A DNA stretch of 32,000 nucleotides. Source: Escherichia coli. GTDB lineage: Bacteria > Pseudomonadota > Gammaproteobacteria > Enterobacterales > Enterobacteriaceae. Positions 20,094 through 30,575 of this stretch are shown one piece after another. The first letter of the stretch is position 1. Every line of letters begins with the position of its first letter. Under the pieces are notes generated by a model. It saw only the letters and a list, made by a program, of their open reading frames with translations, did not search any database and was not told where the DNA came from. Made by a program: the position numbers and the translations under genes. The DNA is taken from NCBI RefSeq assembly GCF_022368895.1, contig NZ_CP058714.1, one strand, 5' to 3'.

Positions 20094-20972
20094 ATGAATA
20101 AGTACACCATCAACGACATTACGCGTGCATCGGGCGGTTTTGCCATGCTGGCGGTCGATCAGCGCGAAGCCATGCGCATGATGTTTGCCGCGGCTGGCGC
20201 ACCCGCTCCAGTAGCCGATAGCGTTTTAACTGATTTCAAAGTTAACGCCGCGAAGACTCTTTCACCTTATGCATCGGCGATTCTGGTAGATCAACAATTC
20301 TGCTACCGCCAGGTGGTTGAGCAAAACGCAATTGCCAAAAGCTGCGCCATGATCGTCGCTGCCGATGAATTTATTCCAGGCAACGGTATTCCGGTGGATA
20401 GCGTAGTCATTGACCGCAAAATCAACCCGCAACAAATCAAACAAGACGGTGGCAAAGCCTTAAAACTGCTGGTGCTGTGGCGTAGTGATGAAGATGCGCA
20501 GCAACGCCTGGATATGGTGAAAGAGTTCAATGAACTGTGCCACTCACACGGTCTGGTGAGCATCATTGAGCCAGTCGTTCGTCCGCCGCGTCGTGGCGAT
20601 AAATTCGATCGCGAACAAGCAATCATCGATGCAGCCAAAGAGCTGGGTGATAGCGGTGCAGACCTCTACAAAGTTGAAATGCCGCTTTACGGCAAAGGTC
20701 CGCAACAAGAGCTTCTCAGTGCTTCACAACGTTTGAATGACCATATCAATATGCCGTGGGTGATCCTCTCTTCCGGTGTCGACGAAAAACTGTTCCCGCG
20801 TGCCGTACGCGTGGCAATGACGGCGGGCGCATCGGGATTCCTTGCAGGCCGTGCAGTCTGGGCATCGGTCGTCGGTTTACCAGACAACGAGTTGATGCTG
20901 CGTGACGTTTGCGCACCGAAATTACAACAACTTGGCGATATCGTCGACGAAATGATGGCTAAACGCCGTTAA
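20094..20972 (+). CDS. yihT: 6-deoxy-6-sulfofructose-1-phosphate aldolase
   Basis: 292 aa, [31 protein letters not shown]; class I aldolase of the SQ pathway. Confidence 0.96.
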   Translation: MNKYTINDITRASGGFAMLAVDQREAMRMMFAAAGAPAPVADSVLTDFKVNAAKTLSPYASAILVDQQFCYRQVVEQNAIAKSCAMIVAADEFIPGNGIPVDSVVIDRKINPQQIKQDGGKALKLLVLWRSDEDAQQRLDMVKEFNELCHSHGLVSIIEPVVRPPRRGDKFDREQAIIDAAKELGDSGADLYKVEMPLYGKGPQQELLSASQRLNDHINMPWVILSSGVDEKLFPRAVRVAMTAGASGFLAGRAVWASVVGLPDNELMLRDVCAPKLQQLGDIVDEMMAKRR

Positions 20973-20987
20973 GATGGGGATACAAAA

Positions 20988-22229
20988 ATGAAATGGTTTA
21001 ACACCTTAAGTCACAACCGTTGGCTGGAACAGGAAACCGATCGCATCTTTGATTTTGGTAAAAATTCCGTGGTGCCGACTGGTTTTGGCTGGTTAGGCAA
21101 TAAAGGGCAAATCAAAGAAGAGATGGGCACCCATCTGTGGATCACCGCCCGTATGTTACACGTTTATTCCGTTGCTGCGGCGATGGGTCGACCAGGCGCT
21201 TACTCGTTGGTTGATCACGGTATCAAAGCCATGAACGGCGCACTGCGCGATAAAAAATATGGCGGCTGGTATGCCTGTGTGAATGACGAGGGCGTGGTGG
21301 ATGCCTCCAAACAGGGCTATCAACATTTCTTTGCCCTGCTGGGTGCCGCCAGTGCCGTCACAACGGGTCACCCGGAAGCGCGCAAGCTGCTCGATTACAC
21401 CATTGAAATTATCGAGAAATACTTCTGGAGCGAAGAAGAGCAGATGTGCCTGGAATCCTGGGACGAAGCCTTCAGTAAAACCGAAGAGTACCGCGGCGGC
21501 AACGCCAACATGCATGCGGTAGAAGCCTTCTTGATTGTTTATGACGTAACGCATGACAAAAAATGGCTGGATCGTGCGATTCGCGTAGCTTCCGTCATTA
21601 TCCACGACGTCGCCAGAAATAATCATTATCGCGTTAACGAGCACTTCGATACCCAGTGGAATCCGCTGCCGGATTACAACAAAGATAACCCGGCGCACCG
21701 CTTCCGCGCATTCGGAGGCACGCCGGGCCACTGGATCGAGTGGGGTCGTTTAATGCTGCACATCCATGCCGCCCTGGAAGCCCGCGGCGAACAGCCGCCA
21801 GCCTGGCTGTTAGAAGATGCCAAAGGTCTGTTCAACGCCACCGTGCGCGATGCCTGGGCGCCCGATGGTGCGGACGGGATTGTTTATACCGTTGACTGGG
21901 AAGGAAAACCGGTCGTTCGCGAACGTGTGCGTTGGCCTATCGTCGAGGCGATGGGTACGGCTTACGCGCTCTACACCGTCACCGGCGATCGCCAGTACGA
22001 AACCTGGTATCAGACATGGTGGGAGTACTGCATTAAGTACCTGATGGACTATGAAAATGGTTCCTGGTGGCAGGAGCTGGATGCGGACAATAAGGTCACC
22101 ACCAAAGTCTGGGACGGCAAACAGGATATTTATCACCTGCTGCATTGCCTGGTGATCCCGCGTATCCCGTTAGCCCCTGGTCTGGCTCCGGCAGTTGCGG
22201 CGGGGCTGCTGGACGTGAATGCCAAATAA
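20988..22229 (+). CDS. yihS: Sulfoquinovose isomerase (AGE family)
   Basis: 413 aa, [37 protein letters not shown]; N-acylglucosamine 2-epimerase family features. Confidence 0.96.
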   Translation: MKWFNTLSHNRWLEQETDRIFDFGKNSVVPTGFGWLGNKGQIKEEMGTHLWITARMLHVYSVAAAMGRPGAYSLVDHGIKAMNGALRDKKYGGWYACVNDEGVVDASKQGYQHFFALLGAASAVTTGHPEARKLLDYTIEIIEKYFWSEEEQMCLESWDEAFSKTEEYRGGNANMHAVEAFLIVYDVTHDKKWLDRAIRVASVIIHDVARNNHYRVNEHFDTQWNPLPDYNKDNPAHRFRAFGGTPGHWIEWGRLMLHIHAALEARGEQPPAWLLEDAKGLFNATVRDAWAPDGADGIVYTVDWEGKPVVRERVRWPIVEAMGTAYALYTVTGDRQYETWYQTWWEYCIKYLMDYENGSWWQELDADNKVTTKVWDGKQDIYHLLHCLVIPRIPLAPGLAPAVAAGLLDVNAK

Positions 22230-22246
22230 CTGACTGAAAACCCTAA

Positions 22247-22269
22247 CCCTCTCCCCAAAGGGGAGAGGG
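22247..22269. repeat. BoxC-like interspersed repeat/hairpin
   Basis: CCCTCTCCCC-AAA-GGGGAGAGGG, perfect 10-bp arms, in the yihS-yihR gap. Confidence 0.65.
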
Positions 22270-22347
22270 GACCGCCCGGCGCAGTTTTTTGGTTTGACAT
22301 CAGCCTCATGGGAGGCTGTATACCGTTTTTTAATTAAGGTACCTCGT

Positions 22348-23247
22348 ATGCAAACCACCAATATGCATTGCAGTGGACAGACCGTTTCACTCACCGCTGG
22401 GGATTATCACGCAACTATCGTGACGGTTGGCGCAGGTCTGGCTGAATTAACTTTTCAGGGCTGCCATTTAGTTATTCCGCATAAACCCGAAGAGATGCCG
22501 CTGGCACACCTGGGCAAAGTCCTTATTCCCTGGCCTAACCGGATTGCCAACGGCTGTTATCGCTATCAGGGGCAGGAATATCAGTTACCCATTAATGAAC
22601 ATGGTTCAAAAGCCGCTATTCACGGGCTGCTTGCCTGGCGTGACTGGCAAATAAGCGAACAAACCACCACCAGCGTCACATTAACGGCCTTTTTGCCGCC
22701 CAGTTACGGCTATCCGTTTATGCTGGCCTCGCAAGTTGTTTATTCGCTCAACGCACGCACGGGCCTTTCCGTTGAGATCGCAAGCCAGAATATCGGCACT
22801 GTCGCAGCACCTTATGGTGTGGGTATTCATCCTTATTTAACCTGCAACTTAACGCCTGTTGATGACTATGTATTCCAGCTTCCAGCAGAACAGGTTTATG
22901 CCGTCGAGCACGCGAATCCGACAACGCTTCACCACGTTGATGAGCTGGATTTAAATTTCACGCAGGCGAAAAAAATAGCCGCGACAAAAATCGACCACAC
23001 CTTTAAAACCGCTAATGATCTGTGGGAAATGACCATTACCCATCCACAACAGGTTCTTTCGGTAAGCCTTTGTTCCGATCAACCCTGGGTGCAGGTTTAT
23101 AGCGGAGAAAAATTACAGCGCCAGGGCCTGGCAGTTGAACCTATGAGTTGCCCGCCTAACGCCTTTAATTCAGGTATCGACTTATTATTACTGGAACCAG
23201 GAAAAACGCACCGCCTGTTTTTTAATATTTACGGACAGAGAAAATAA
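22348..23247 (+). CDS. yihR: Aldose-1-epimerase family protein YihR (putative sulfoquinovose mutarotase)
   Basis: MQTTNMHCSGQTVSLTAGDYHATIVTVGAGLAELTFQG...GVGIHPYLT; galactose mutarotase-like. An in-frame upstream start at 22294 is possible. Confidence 0.9.
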   Translation: MQTTNMHCSGQTVSLTAGDYHATIVTVGAGLAELTFQGCHLVIPHKPEEMPLAHLGKVLIPWPNRIANGCYRYQGQEYQLPINEHGSKAAIHGLLAWRDWQISEQTTTSVTLTAFLPPSYGYPFMLASQVVYSLNARTGLSVEIASQNIGTVAAPYGVGIHPYLTCNLTPVDDYVFQLPAEQVYAVEHANPTTLHHVDELDLNFTQAKKIAATKIDHTFKTANDLWEMTITHPQQVLSVSLCSDQPWVQVYSGEKLQRQGLAVEPMSCPPNAFNSGIDLLLLEPGKTHRLFFNIYGQRK

Positions 23248-23444
23248 CTTGTATTGATTAGCAGTCAAAATCATTGAAGAACATTTCACTCGTAAAGGCA
23301 ACGTTATGTATCTTCAATTTATTAAGTTAAAAAAAGCTCAGCTTCTGTAAAGTTTATATATATCAGTTTTATGAGAATCATTTTACATAAGCCTGTAATA
23401 ACGGGAAGGAAACAATCTCGTCCTCAACTCTATGGAGATTATTT

Positions 23445-25481
23445 ATGGATACGCCACGCCCACAGCTATTAGATTTTCAATTTCATCAGAATAACGACAG
23501 TTTTACTCTACGTTTTCAAGACCGCCTTATTTTAATCCATAGCAAAGATAATCCTTGCTTATCGATTGGCTCAGGTATAGCGGATATCGATATGTTCCGC
23601 GGTAATTTCAGCATTAAAGATAAATTGCAGGAGAAAATTGCGCTTACCGACGCCATCGTCAGCCAGTCACCGGATGGTTGGTTAATCCATTTCAGCCGTG
23701 GTTCTGACATTAGCGCCACGCTGCGTATCTCTGCCGACGATCAGGGCCGTTTATTGCTGGAACTACAAAACGACAACCATCACCACAACCGCATCTGGCT
23801 GCGTCTTGCCGCACAACCAGAGGACCATATCTACGGCTGCGGCGAACAATTCTCCTACTTTGATCTGCGCGGCAAACCGTTCCCGCTATGGACCAGTGAA
23901 CAAGGCGTTGGTCGCAACAAACAAACCTATGTCACCTGGCAGGCCGACTGCAAAGAGAACGCGGGCGGCGACTATTACTGGACTTTCTTCCCGCAGCCTA
24001 CGTTTGTCAGCACGCAGAAGTATTACTGCCATGTTGATAACAGTTGCTATATGAACTTCGACTTTAGTGCCCCGGAATACCATGAACTGGCGCTGTGGGA
24101 AGAGAAAGCAACACTGCGTTTTGAATGTGCTGACACATACATCTCCCTGTTAGAAAAATTAACCGCCCTGCTGGGACGCCAGCCAGAACTGCCCGACTGG
24201 ATTTATGACGGGGTAACGCTCGGCATTCAGGGCGGGACTGAAGTGTGCCAGAAGAAACTGGACACCATGCGTAACGCGGGCGTGAAGGTCAACGGCATCT
24301 GGGCGCAGGACTGGTCCGGGATCCGTATGACCTCGTTTGGTAAACGTGTGATGTGGAACTGGAAGTGGAACAGCGAAAACTATCCGCAACTGGATTCGCG
24401 TATTAAACAGTGGAACAAAGAAGGCGTGCAGTTCCTCGCCTACATCAACCCGTATGTTGCCAGCGATAAGGACCTCTGCGCCGAGGCGGCTTCACACGGC
24501 TATCTGGCAAAAGATGCCTCTGGCGGCGACTATCTGGTGGAGTTTGGCGAGTTCTATGGCGGCGTTGTCGATCTCACCAATCCAGAAGCCTACGCCTGGT
24601 TCAAGGAAGTGATCAAAAAGAACATGATTGAACTTGGCTGCGGCGGCTGGATGGCTGACTTCGGCGAGTATCTGCCCACCGACACGTACCTGCATAACGG
24701 CGTCAGCGCGGAAATTATGCATAACGCCTGGCCTGCGCTGTGGGCGAAATGTAACTACGAAGCCCTTGAAGAAACAGGCAAGCTCGGCGAGCTCCTCTTC
24801 TTTATGCGCGCCGGTTCTACCGGTAGCCAGAAATACTCCACCATGATGTGGGCGGGCGACCAGAACGTTGACTGGAGTCTGGACGATGGACTGGCGTCAG
24901 TCGTCCCGGCGGCGCTGTCTCTGGCAATGACCGGACATGGCCTGCATCACAGTGATATTGGCGGTTACACCACCCTGTTTGAGATGAAGCGCAGCAAAGA
25001 GCTGCTGCTGCGCTGGTGCGATTTCAGCGCCTTCACGCCGATGATGCGCACCCACGAAGGTAACCGTCCTGGCGACAACTGGCAGTTTGATAGCGACGCG
25101 GAAACTATCGCCCATTTTGCCCGTATGACCACCGTCTTCACCACCCTGAAACCTTACCTGAAAGAGGCCGTCGCGCTGAATGCGAAGTCCGGCCTGCCGG
25201 TTATGCGCCCGCTGTTCCTGCATTACGAAGACGACGCGCAGACCTACACCCTGAAATATCAGTACCTGTTAGGCCGCGACATTCTGGTCGCTCCGGTGCA
25301 TGAAGAAGGCCGTAGCGACTGGACGCTCTATCTGCCGGAGGATAACTGGGTCCATGCCTGGACGGGTGAAGCGTTCCGGGGCGGGGAAGTTACCGTTAAT
25401 GCGCCCATCGGTAAACCGCCGGTCTTTTATCGCGCCGGTAGCGAATGGGCGGCACTGTTCGCCACGTTAAAAAGTATCTAA
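23445..25481 (+). CDS. yihQ: Sulfoquinovosidase (GH31)
   Basis: 678 aa with WMADFGEYLPTDTYLHNGV (GH31 nucleophile region) and SGGDYLVEFGEF. Confidence 0.96.
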   Translation: MDTPRPQLLDFQFHQNNDSFTLRFQDRLILIHSKDNPCLSIGSGIADIDMFRGNFSIKDKLQEKIALTDAIVSQSPDGWLIHFSRGSDISATLRISADDQGRLLLELQNDNHHHNRIWLRLAAQPEDHIYGCGEQFSYFDLRGKPFPLWTSEQGVGRNKQTYVTWQADCKENAGGDYYWTFFPQPTFVSTQKYYCHVDNSCYMNFDFSAPEYHELALWEEKATLRFECADTYISLLEKLTALLGRQPELPDWIYDGVTLGIQGGTEVCQKKLDTMRNAGVKVNGIWAQDWSGIRMTSFGKRVMWNWKWNSENYPQLDSRIKQWNKEGVQFLAYINPYVASDKDLCAEAASHGYLAKDASGGDYLVEFGEFYGGVVDLTNPEAYAWFKEVIKKNMIELGCGGWMADFGEYLPTDTYLHNGVSAEIMHNAWPALWAKCNYEALEETGKLGELLFFMRAGSTGSQKYSTMMWAGDQNVDWSLDDGLASVVPAALSLAMTGHGLHHSDIGGYTTLFEMKRSKELLLRWCDFSAFTPMMRTHEGNRPGDNWQFDSDAETIAHFARMTTVFTTLKPYLKEAVALNAKSGLPVMRPLFLHYEDDAQTYTLKYQYLLGRDILVAPVHEEGRSDWTLYLPEDNWVHAWTGEAFRGGEVTVNAPIGKPPVFYRAGSEWAALFATLKSI

Positions 25482-25526
25482 TCATGTCCGCCCGTGGGGA
25501 AACTCACGGGCAAAGGGAGAACAACG

Positions 25527-26912
25527 ATGAGTCACATCACAACGGAAGATCCAGCAACTTTACGCCTGCCCTTTAAAGAGAAACTCTCTTACGGTATTGG
25601 CGACCTGGCCTCTAACATCCTGCTGGATATTGGTACGCTTTATCTTTTGAAGTTTTATACCGACGTTCTGGGGCTGCCTGGCACCTATGGTGGCATTATC
25701 TTTTTGATTTCAAAATTCTTTACTGCGTTTACCGATATGGGAACAGGCATCATGCTGGATTCCCGACGCAAGATCGGCCCAAAAGGCAAGTTCCGTCCTT
25801 TTATTCTGTATGCGTCATTCCCGGTCACCCTGCTGGCGATCGCCAACTTTATCGGTACGCCGTTCGATGTCACCGGTAAAACGGTGATGGCCACCATCCT
25901 GTTTATGCTTTACGGACTGTTTTTCAGCATGATGAACTGCTCGTATGGCGCGATGGTCCCCGCTATTACTAAAAACCCCAACGAACGTGCATCGCTGGCA
26001 GCATGGCGTCAGGGTGGCGCTACATTAGGCCTGCTGCTGTGTACGGTGGGATTCGTGCCGGTTATGAATCTTATCGAAGGTAATCAGCAACTTGGCTATA
26101 TCTTCGCCGCCACGCTGTTTTCACTGTTCGGCCTGCTGTTTATGTGGATCTGCTACTCGGGCGTGAAAGAGCGTTATGTCGAAACCCAACCTACCAATCC
26201 GGCGCAAAAGCCTGGCTTGTTGCAGTCTTTCCGCGCGATTGCTGGTAACCGCCCACTGTTCATTCTGTGTATTGCCAACCTCTGCACTTTAGGGGCGTTT
26301 AACGTCAAGCTCGCCATTCAGGTCTATTACACCCAGTACGTGCTCAACGATCCCATCCTGTTGTCATATATGGGATTTTTCAGCATGGGCTGTATTTTCA
26401 TCGGCGTGTTCCTGATGCCCGGCGCAGTCAGACGTTTTGGTAAGAAGAAGGTCTATATCGGCGGCCTGCTGATTTGGGTGCTTGGCGATCTGCTCAACTA
26501 TTTCTTTGGCGGCGGTTCGGTCAGCTTCGTGGCGTTCTCCTGCCTGGCATTCTTCGGCTCAGCGTTTGTTAACAGCCTGAACTGGGCGCTGGTTTCCGAC
26601 ACCGTCGAGTACGGCGAGTGGCGCACCGGTGTGCGTTCGGAAGGTACGGTCTACACCGGTTTCACCTTCTTTCGCAAAGTATCTCAGGCGCTGGCAGGTT
26701 TCTTCCCAGGCTGGATGCTGACGCAAATCGGCTATGTGCCAAACGTCGCCCAGGCTGACCACACTATCGAAGGGTTGCGCCAACTGATCTTCATCTACCC
26801 AAGCGCACTGGCAGTAGTCACCATCGTGGCAATGGGTTGCTTCTACAGTCTGAACGAGAAGATGTACGTCCGCATTGTTGAAGAGATAGAAGCCCGTAAA
26901 CGCACGGCGTAA
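25527..26912 (+). CDS. yihP: GPH-family symporter YihP
   Basis: MSHITTEDPATLRLPFKEKLSYGIGDLASNILLDIGTLYLLKFYTDVLG; 12-TM GPH-type. The ORF track start at 25494 is upstream. Confidence 0.93.
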   Translation: MSHITTEDPATLRLPFKEKLSYGIGDLASNILLDIGTLYLLKFYTDVLGLPGTYGGIIFLISKFFTAFTDMGTGIMLDSRRKIGPKGKFRPFILYASFPVTLLAIANFIGTPFDVTGKTVMATILFMLYGLFFSMMNCSYGAMVPAITKNPNERASLAAWRQGGATLGLLLCTVGFVPVMNLIEGNQQLGYIFAATLFSLFGLLFMWICYSGVKERYVETQPTNPAQKPGLLQSFRAIAGNRPLFILCIANLCTLGAFNVKLAIQVYYTQYVLNDPILLSYMGFFSMGCIFIGVFLMPGAVRRFGKKKVYIGGLLIWVLGDLLNYFFGGGSVSFVAFSCLAFFGSAFVNSLNWALVSDTVEYGEWRTGVRSEGTVYTGFTFFRKVSQALAGFFPGWMLTQIGYVPNVAQADHTIEGLRQLIFIYPSALAVVTIVAMGCFYSLNEKMYVRIVEEIEARKRTA

Positions 26913-26923
26913 TTATAATAAAC

Positions 26924-26941
26924 AACGCCCTGCGGGGCGTT
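26924..26941. other. Intergenic hairpin between yihP and yihO
   Basis: AACGCCC-TGCG-GGGCGTT; no U-tract, directly before the yihO ribosome binding site. Confidence 0.5.
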
Positions 26942-26954
26942 ATAAGGAGTGATT

Positions 26955-28358
26955 ATGTCTGACCATAATCCACTGACATTAAGACTGAATCTGCGGGAAA
27001 AAATCGCCTATGGTATGGGCGACGTCGGTTCGAATTTAATGCTCTGCATCGGTACTCTGTATCTCCTCAAATTTTATACCGATGAATTAGGGATGCCTGC
27101 TTACTATGGCGGGATTATCTTTCTGGTGGCGAAGTTTTTTACCGCATTTACCGATATGCTCACCGGATTTTTACTCGACTCGCGGAAAAATATTGGGCCT
27201 AAAGGCAAATTTCGTCCCTTTATTTTATATGCAGCGGTTCCGGCGGCGTTAATTGCAACGCTCCAGTTTATCGCCACCACCTTTAGTTTGCCGGTTAAAA
27301 CGACGATTGCCACCGCACTGTTTATGATGTTTGGACTTTCATACAGTCTGATGAACTGCTCGTATGGTGCGATGATCCCGGCCATTACCAAAAACCCCAA
27401 TGAGCGCGCGCAGCTCGCGGCTTACCGCCAGGGTGGTGCAACCATAGGGCTATTGATTTGTACCGTGGCGTTTATTCCGTTGCAGTCGCTTTTTTCTGAC
27501 TCAACCGTCGGTTATGCCTGTGCGGCACTGATGTTCTCCATTGGCGGCTTTATTTTTATGATGCTGTGCTACAGAGGCGTCAAAGAGCATTATGTGGACA
27601 CCACGCCAACCGGACATAAGGCCAGTATTCTCAAATCATTTTGCGCGATATTTCATAATCCACCTTTGCTGGTATTGTGCATTGCTAACCTGTGTACTCT
27701 GGCGGCATTTAATATCAAACTGGCGATTCAGGTCTATTACACCCAGTATGTGCTGAATGATATTAATTTATTGTCGTGGATGGGATTTTTCAGTATGGGA
27801 TGCATCCTCGTCGGCGTATTACTGGTGCCATTAACTGTAAAATGTTTTGGTAAAAAACAGGTTTATTTAGCTGGCATGGTGCTATGGGCGGTTGGTGATA
27901 TCCTGAATTATTTCTGGGGAAGTAACTCTTTCACTTTCGTCATGTTCTCTTGTGTCGCCTTTTTTGGCACGGCCTTTGTAAACAGCCTGAACTGGGCACT
28001 GGTGCCAGATACCGTAGATTACGGTGAATGGAAAACCGGTATACGTGCCGAAGGTTCTGTTTATACCGGTTATACCTTCTTTCGTAAAATTTCAGCCGCA
28101 CTTGCTGGCTTCTTGCCAGGCATTATGCTGACGCAAATCGGTTATGTTCCCAACATCGCGCAAAGCGATGCGACATTACAGGGTTTGCGTCAGCTCATTT
28201 TTATCTGGCCTTGTGCGCTGGCAATGATTGCTGCATTGACGATGGGGTTCTTTTACACGCTCAATGAGAAACGGTTTGCACTGATTATTGAGGAAATTAA
28301 CCAACGCAAAAATAAAGAAATTGAGACAGAAGAAAAAACGGCTTCCGTAACGTTATAA
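26955..28358 (+). CDS. yihO: GPH-family symporter YihO, putative sulfoquinovose transporter
   Basis: 467 aa, MSDHNPLTLRLNLREKIAYGMGDVGSNLMLCIGTLYLLKFYTDELG; clear paralogue of YihP. Confidence 0.94.
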   Translation: MSDHNPLTLRLNLREKIAYGMGDVGSNLMLCIGTLYLLKFYTDELGMPAYYGGIIFLVAKFFTAFTDMLTGFLLDSRKNIGPKGKFRPFILYAAVPAALIATLQFIATTFSLPVKTTIATALFMMFGLSYSLMNCSYGAMIPAITKNPNERAQLAAYRQGGATIGLLICTVAFIPLQSLFSDSTVGYACAALMFSIGGFIFMMLCYRGVKEHYVDTTPTGHKASILKSFCAIFHNPPLLVLCIANLCTLAAFNIKLAIQVYYTQYVLNDINLLSWMGFFSMGCILVGVLLVPLTVKCFGKKQVYLAGMVLWAVGDILNYFWGSNSFTFVMFSCVAFFGTAFVNSLNWALVPDTVDYGEWKTGIRAEGSVYTGYTFFRKISAALAGFLPGIMLTQIGYVPNIAQSDATLQGLRQLIFIWPCALAMIAALTMGFFYTLNEKRFALIIEEINQRKNKEIETEEKTASVTL

Positions 28359-28424
28359 ATGTCAATAGCCGCTATTTCCATCCTGGTGGGTGGCGGCCTC
28401 CCTACGCTTAAAAATGGACTTATT

Positions 28425-29117
28425 ATGAAAAAGATTAATGCAATAATTCTATTATCCTCTCTGACCTCTGCCTCGGTATTTGCTGGCGCATACGTCGAAA
28501 ACAGGGAGGCATATAATCTCGCCTCCGATCAGGGCGAGGTTATGCTACGTGTGGGTTATAACTTCGATATGGGCGCGGGTATTATGTTAACCAATACCTA
28601 CACCTTTCAGCGAGAAGATGAACTCAAACATGGATATAACGAAATCGAAGGTTGGTATCCGTTATTCAAACCAACCGATAAATTAACCATCCAGCCCGGT
28701 GGCTTAATTAATGATAAGAGTATCGGTTCGGGTGGTGCTGTTTATCTGGATGTTAACTACAAATTTACTCCATGGTTTAACCTGACGGTACGTAATCGTT
28801 TTAACCATAATAACTACAGCTCAACCGATTTGAACGGTGATCTGGATAATAATGACAGCTACGAGATTGGCAACTACTGGAACTTTATTATTACCGATAA
28901 GTTCTCATATACCTTTGAACCGCATTATTTTTATAACATTAATGATTTCAATAGCAGCAATGGTACGAAGCATCACTGGGAAATCACTAACACCTTCCGT
29001 TATCGCATTAATGAGCACTGGTTGCCCTATATTGAATTGCGCTGGTTAGATCGCAACGTAGAGCCGTACCACCGCGAGCAAAACCAGATTCGTATCGGGA
29101 CGAAGTATTTCTTCTGA
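28425..29117 (+). CDS. ompL: Outer membrane porin OmpL
   Basis: 230 aa, MKKINAIILLSSLTSASVFAGAYVENREAYNLASDQGEVMLRVGYNF...RIGTKYFF; KdgM-type porin with signal peptide and terminal aromatic residue. Confidence 0.95.
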   Translation: MKKINAIILLSSLTSASVFAGAYVENREAYNLASDQGEVMLRVGYNFDMGAGIMLTNTYTFQREDELKHGYNEIEGWYPLFKPTDKLTIQPGGLINDKSIGSGGAVYLDVNYKFTPWFNLTVRNRFNHNNYSSTDLNGDLDNNDSYEIGNYWNFIITDKFSYTFEPHYFYNINDFNSSNGTKHHWEITNTFRYRINEHWLPYIELRWLDRNVEPYHREQNQIRIGTKYFF

Positions 29118-29126
29118 TGTAAAACT

Positions 29127-29203
29127 GCCGGATGCGGCGAAAACGCCTTATCCGGCCTACGGTTGATACGGTTTCCGTTGGCCGGATTAAGCCACATCCG
29201 GCC
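29127..29203. repeat. REP/BIME element between ompL and yihN
   Basis: TGCCGGATGCGGCGAAAACGCCTTATCCGGCCTAC (29127-29160 region) followed by GCCGGATTAAGCCACATCCGGC. Confidence 0.9.
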
Positions 29204-29208
29204 ATTAA

Positions 29209-30474
29209 TTAAGCTTCAGCCGCCAGCATCTCTTTCTTACGTTGGCTAATACGCTTAACCAGCATTACGGAAACCACCGCACCACAGAATGCGAAGCAGG
29301 CCATAATGCCAAACACGATTTTGTAGCCAATAATCCCCGGATTTAAATCCAGAATGTAGCCATACAGACTGAAGCAGAACATCGCCGGGGCGTAACCAAT
29401 AAAGCTACCCAACGCCATCGCCGCGCCTGTTTTATTTTCAGCAATTTTTGCTTCGCCGATAGGTGCAAAAAATACGGCTCGCTGTGTAAAGACTATCGCG
29501 CCAAAGCCCAGCGTACATGCCATCCCTAAATAGACCGGCATACTTTCGTGCGGCAGCATAATCAACAGTACGAGCGCAGCGGTACTGATGATAAAGGTGT
29601 AGCATAGATATTTACTCGGCGATTTCAGGATCTTATCTGAAATCATGCCACCAATCGGTCCACCAATCATTTTCAGACAGTATTGGTTAATGATGCCGTA
29701 AGCCCCCACCAGCGCAACAGGCAATAGATAGATGTTTTTCAGGAATGGAATGAAGAATGTCAGGCCACAGTAAACCGCGTAAACGAAGAAGACGTTGAAA
29801 GCGATAAGCCAGATAGTTTTGTCTTTCAGCACCGAGGTCATACTGGTGTTTTTCGATGCTCCGTCTTCTTTTTTCACCTCAACGGACGGTGCCTCTTCTT
29901 TGTCATTCAGAACAAAGAAAATGATAATGCCTACGGCAATCACAATAAGGGAATAGAACCAGATGCCTGCTTTAAAACCCAATAAGCCACTGCCAAACCA
30001 GGTAAATACTGCCAACGCAGAAAATGCCACCACGGTATCGACAATGCCACGCCCTGTTTCGAAGAAGCCAAACAACCGACCTTGTTGTTCGCTATTGCCC
30101 AATCGACTTACCGACTTGAGCAAGACCGGCCAGTTCATCATGTCGCAAGTAACGCCAAATAGCGCCCAGACAAAGAGGATGCCCCAATACCCCGGCATTG
30201 TCGTCAAATAAACACCCAGTAATCCTGTCGCAATGAGTGAGAATGACATGGTGTATCTGCGCGGTAGTTTATCGGCAAAATAAATAGACAGAAAAAAGCC
30301 CACTGTCGTGACAAATGAGTTTACCGACATAGCATTACCAATTTGACCATTGGTCAAATGGAAATATTCCTGCATCGGGATATAAAACGCATCTTTCAGC
30401 GACGGTAATTTATAAATTGTACCGCCACACAGTGTTAATAGACTAAATAACGCCCATTTCTTTTTCGTGAGCAT
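29209..30474 (-). CDS. yihN: MFS transporter YihN
   Basis: 421 aa, MLTKKKWALFSLLTLCGGTIYKLPSLKDAFYIPMQEYFHLTNGQIGNAMSVNSFVTTVGFFLSIYFADKLPRR; MFS pattern. Confidence 0.95.
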   Translation of the reverse strand: MLTKKKWALFSLLTLCGGTIYKLPSLKDAFYIPMQEYFHLTNGQIGNAMSVNSFVTTVGFFLSIYFADKLPRRYTMSFSLIATGLLGVYLTTMPGYWGILFVWALFGVTCDMMNWPVLLKSVSRLGNSEQQGRLFGFFETGRGIVDTVVAFSALAVFTWFGSGLLGFKAGIWFYSLIVIAVGIIIFFVLNDKEEAPSVEVKKEDGASKNTSMTSVLKDKTIWLIAFNVFFVYAVYCGLTFFIPFLKNIYLLPVALVGAYGIINQYCLKMIGGPIGGMISDKILKSPSKYLCYTFIISTAALVLLIMLPHESMPVYLGMACTLGFGAIVFTQRAVFFAPIGEAKIAENKTGAAMALGSFIGYAPAMFCFSLYGYILDLNPGIIGYKIVFGIMACFAFCGAVVSVMLVKRISQRKKEMLAAEA

Positions 30475-30575
30475 AACATCCCCTAAGCGATTTTTAAAAT
30501 CACTGTTTTAAAGGCAATAAGATACCGACCATTCATATGGAATGGTTTTATTAACAGCGTATGAGTTAAAACTTA

